NCBI GenBank assembly: GCA_030704615.1
Contig: CM060732.1
Location: 19,964,001 to 20,028,000, forward strand
Origin: Takakia lepidozioides
Lineage: Eukaryota > Plantae > Bryophyta
Length of the DNA: 64,000 bases
Direction of reading: 5' to 3'
Part shown: piece after piece, positions 61,574 to 64,000 of the stretch
How the letters are laid out: every line of letters begins with the position of its first letter
Position numbering within the stretch: the stretch's first letter is position 1
Notes under the pieces: generated by a model
Seen by the model: the letters and a program-made list of their open reading frames with translations, nothing else
Told to the model about the DNA's origin: nothing
Database searches by the model: none
Program-made: the position numbers and the translations under genes

Positions 61574-64000
61574 CTATCTCCTTTGTTTGATCACATAGAC
61601 CAGATCAGCAGCATTCACAACAGTCTCTTTCGGAGGATTCGTGAACACATAGGACGTTGGAGAACCAAGAGTACCATGGCGCCGATACAAGCCCAATGCC
61701 AACATACCTTTGCTGTGCAGCAGCCCCAGAAACAAATCCCTATACTGCCGATTTGCATATTGCTCAGGCACTGCAATTTGGTCCAGTACACGCTCACTAG
61801 TGAGACTACCCTCTTGTTTCACAGACCCGCCCCCTGCCACAAGTTGCTCCACTATGGACAGAGTGTTTCGGTTGTAAAATACTGATCGCCTGCATTAAAG
61901 CAACATACAAAAATTCCTCACATTTAAAAGATTAACATGGAGTTGCATTGTTGCAGCATTCTTCATAAACTAGTCTCAGATTGATAACGGAAGAACCAGG
62001 TTGGTGGACCTTCTATTCCCCGCACTTAGATAACACATCACCTTGCACAGCTCAGGGGTATCAGCCAAATGTTCTTCCAGAAAAGAATAATCTGCAAGCA
62101 TTACTTTCTAGAAATTTTACTCTGCAAAGATGCCATAGACAGAATTGCTCAACACAAACACTAACTTGGTTATACGAAAGCTATGTGCCACAAACAACTA
62201 AAGCAGATTGGCATTGCAACCCAGAAAATTTGGTTAGCATGGCATGCAAAGTAGAAGGTTAATGGTACATGTCTTGCTCACTGAATCCATGAAGGAGGGA
62301 AAGAGATTGAATTGTCCCTCTATTTCTGACTTTGCATCAATCCTCCTTGAATTAACAGGTAAACAGTGCCACCCAGTTGAACCTGTCAAGGCTGGGGAGT
62401 TGTCGGGGTTTGGATCCAGACTAGAACTCAGGACCTTTGGTGGTGGACAAACCACCACCCCCTGGCAAATATGGCTCCACAAACTCAAGCATCAAGAAAC
62501 CAGACACCTCTGAATCTATAAGAGGAGAACGCAAGGTACGTCGTCTGGCTTATCAGAGTACTCCTGCCAAAGGTACGACCACATCTTTCAAGTGCTTAGG
62601 GTTTCTACTACTTTTGTGTTGAAGAACTCATAGCATACCTCTTTGCACTCCATTAGTACTACTCATGCTTTGCCCACATATCCCAAATGGAGCACTCTGG
62701 TCTACATCAAGTTTGTACCACACCTCAGCTGAACCCCAGCAGCATGTCTGAAGTGTGCTGTTAAAGAGAAATGCTCCAAATGGCTCAGGTCACAGCTGCT
62801 ACCTTGCAGCCAAGGTCCCAAATGCTAGGTTGTCATTGGAAATTACAAGACTGAAATCTGCCAAGATACTGAAGGGCCCAGTAGTTTCTGATGGAGCCCA
62901 GGCCCACTACTACAAGTGGAGGTTGGGGCAATATGGTTCTTTTTTATGAGAAATGTTCTCCCTTTCCTCCTCGATTACATAAAATAAGATTGACATGAGG
63001 TGTAGATACAAACCAACCCCAGAACTGGGAATTCTTGTATCTAGGTGAAGAAAAGGACATCATGTGCAGGGACAGAGGAAATGACCATGACTATAGAGGG
63101 GCAACGAAAGAAAGTACTTACATCAAGAAACCAAGGAAGCTGGGAGACACAGCTTTGCCTTCCATGACAGGCGGAACAAAGTGAATCAGAGCATTACGGT
63201 TGCGCTTGTAGTCAACCCTTTCAACCTGACCACGTGGGATCTCAAAATGGGGATGCAAATAATAGAACCCAACTGTTTGCTGCATCTCCACCACCATTAT
63301 CTCCCTCTTCTCTCCCACCAACCGTTCTACGTTGGCAGCTATCAATATGTTGTCCACATCACTTGCATATGCTGAGGGCACATTCTTTTGATTTCTCTCA
63401 TCCTCCACTCCATCCCCACTCAAATCCACTGGCCTACCCTGATCCGCAAGGATGACGACTCTCTCTGCACAGATTCATGCCATTGAACCAGATTGTCCCC
63501 TCAAACAGCTTATAGAGACTACGAAAGCATCCAAAGCATTGAAATACAACCTTCTTCATCAAAGGTGAATTTCCTGTGGTCACGAGGTTCACACACATGA
63601 CAAGAACCTCTGCTTGCATCAGGTCCAGAACGCTGAAACTAGCAGTTCAATCTCCATGTCCAAACTGGTAAGAATGTAAGAAATCGAGAGGTTGTTGGGG
63701 ATCGGGGGTTTATCACAGGCAAAAGCCCACAAGGTGCTCTGTGCAATGCTCCAGATGCGTTTCATCTCCAGCATCATCTTTCTGCCTTTGTTTGATTGCA
63801 TTTAGTAGAAATTCAACTGTGCCTCCACTTATCTGTCGCATTCCTATTGATTTCTCTGACAACTATGGTTTCTTTGGCAGCCTCTACATGTGCAGCTGGA
63901 TGGATTCCACTCCGTTGCACTCTTACATCACACCATCATCAAACCAAATGACAAATAGAAAAGAAAGGAGGTTAATGGCATCAATATGCCTTTGGGGTCT
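61574..64000 (-). CDS. Calcium-activated BK/Slo-type potassium channel alpha subunit, 3' exons (gene continues beyond the window)
   Basis: The last exon YRDLFLGLL...ALGLYR...YVFTNPPKETVVNAADLVYVI matches the Slo C-terminus. An RCK2-like exon DVDNIL...IMVVEM...PPVMEGKAVSPSFL lies at 63118-63437. Confidence 0.8.

Overview
Eukaryotic, intron-containing plant genomic DNA. It is most likely a moss, an inference from the BK-type channel gene and the repeat content; there is a 500-N gap at 53681-54180. The left half (1-31.5 kb) is TE-rich. Its main structure is a ~15.6-kb hAT-superfamily DNA transposon (~3072-18655) that split a short TG..CA solo-LTR-like repeat and left an 8-bp target-site duplication (ATTCCTGA/ATTCCTGG). 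A second copy of that repeat lies inside the element and shows the uninterrupted empty site. Besides a BED/DUF659/hAT-dimerisation transposase, the element carries two cargo genes with intronless reading frames: a protein kinase and an NLS/coiled-coil/RING-H2 protein, converging on an internal 120-bp satellite block. Each of the three genes sits directly downstream of its own array of 27-bp palindromes (TGCGACCACC-N7-GGTGGTCGCA) followed by a TATAAGG box. All three genes are now broken by premature stops. Further right are a decayed Pro-rich/TM/TIR gene, a piggyBac-type Cys-rich remnant and two FCP1/NIF-type HAD pseudogenes. The right half holds host genes: two tandem MOS1 (BAT2-N domain) paralogues, a HOTHEAD-like GMC oxidoreductase, and the 3' part of a BK/Slo-type potassium channel.
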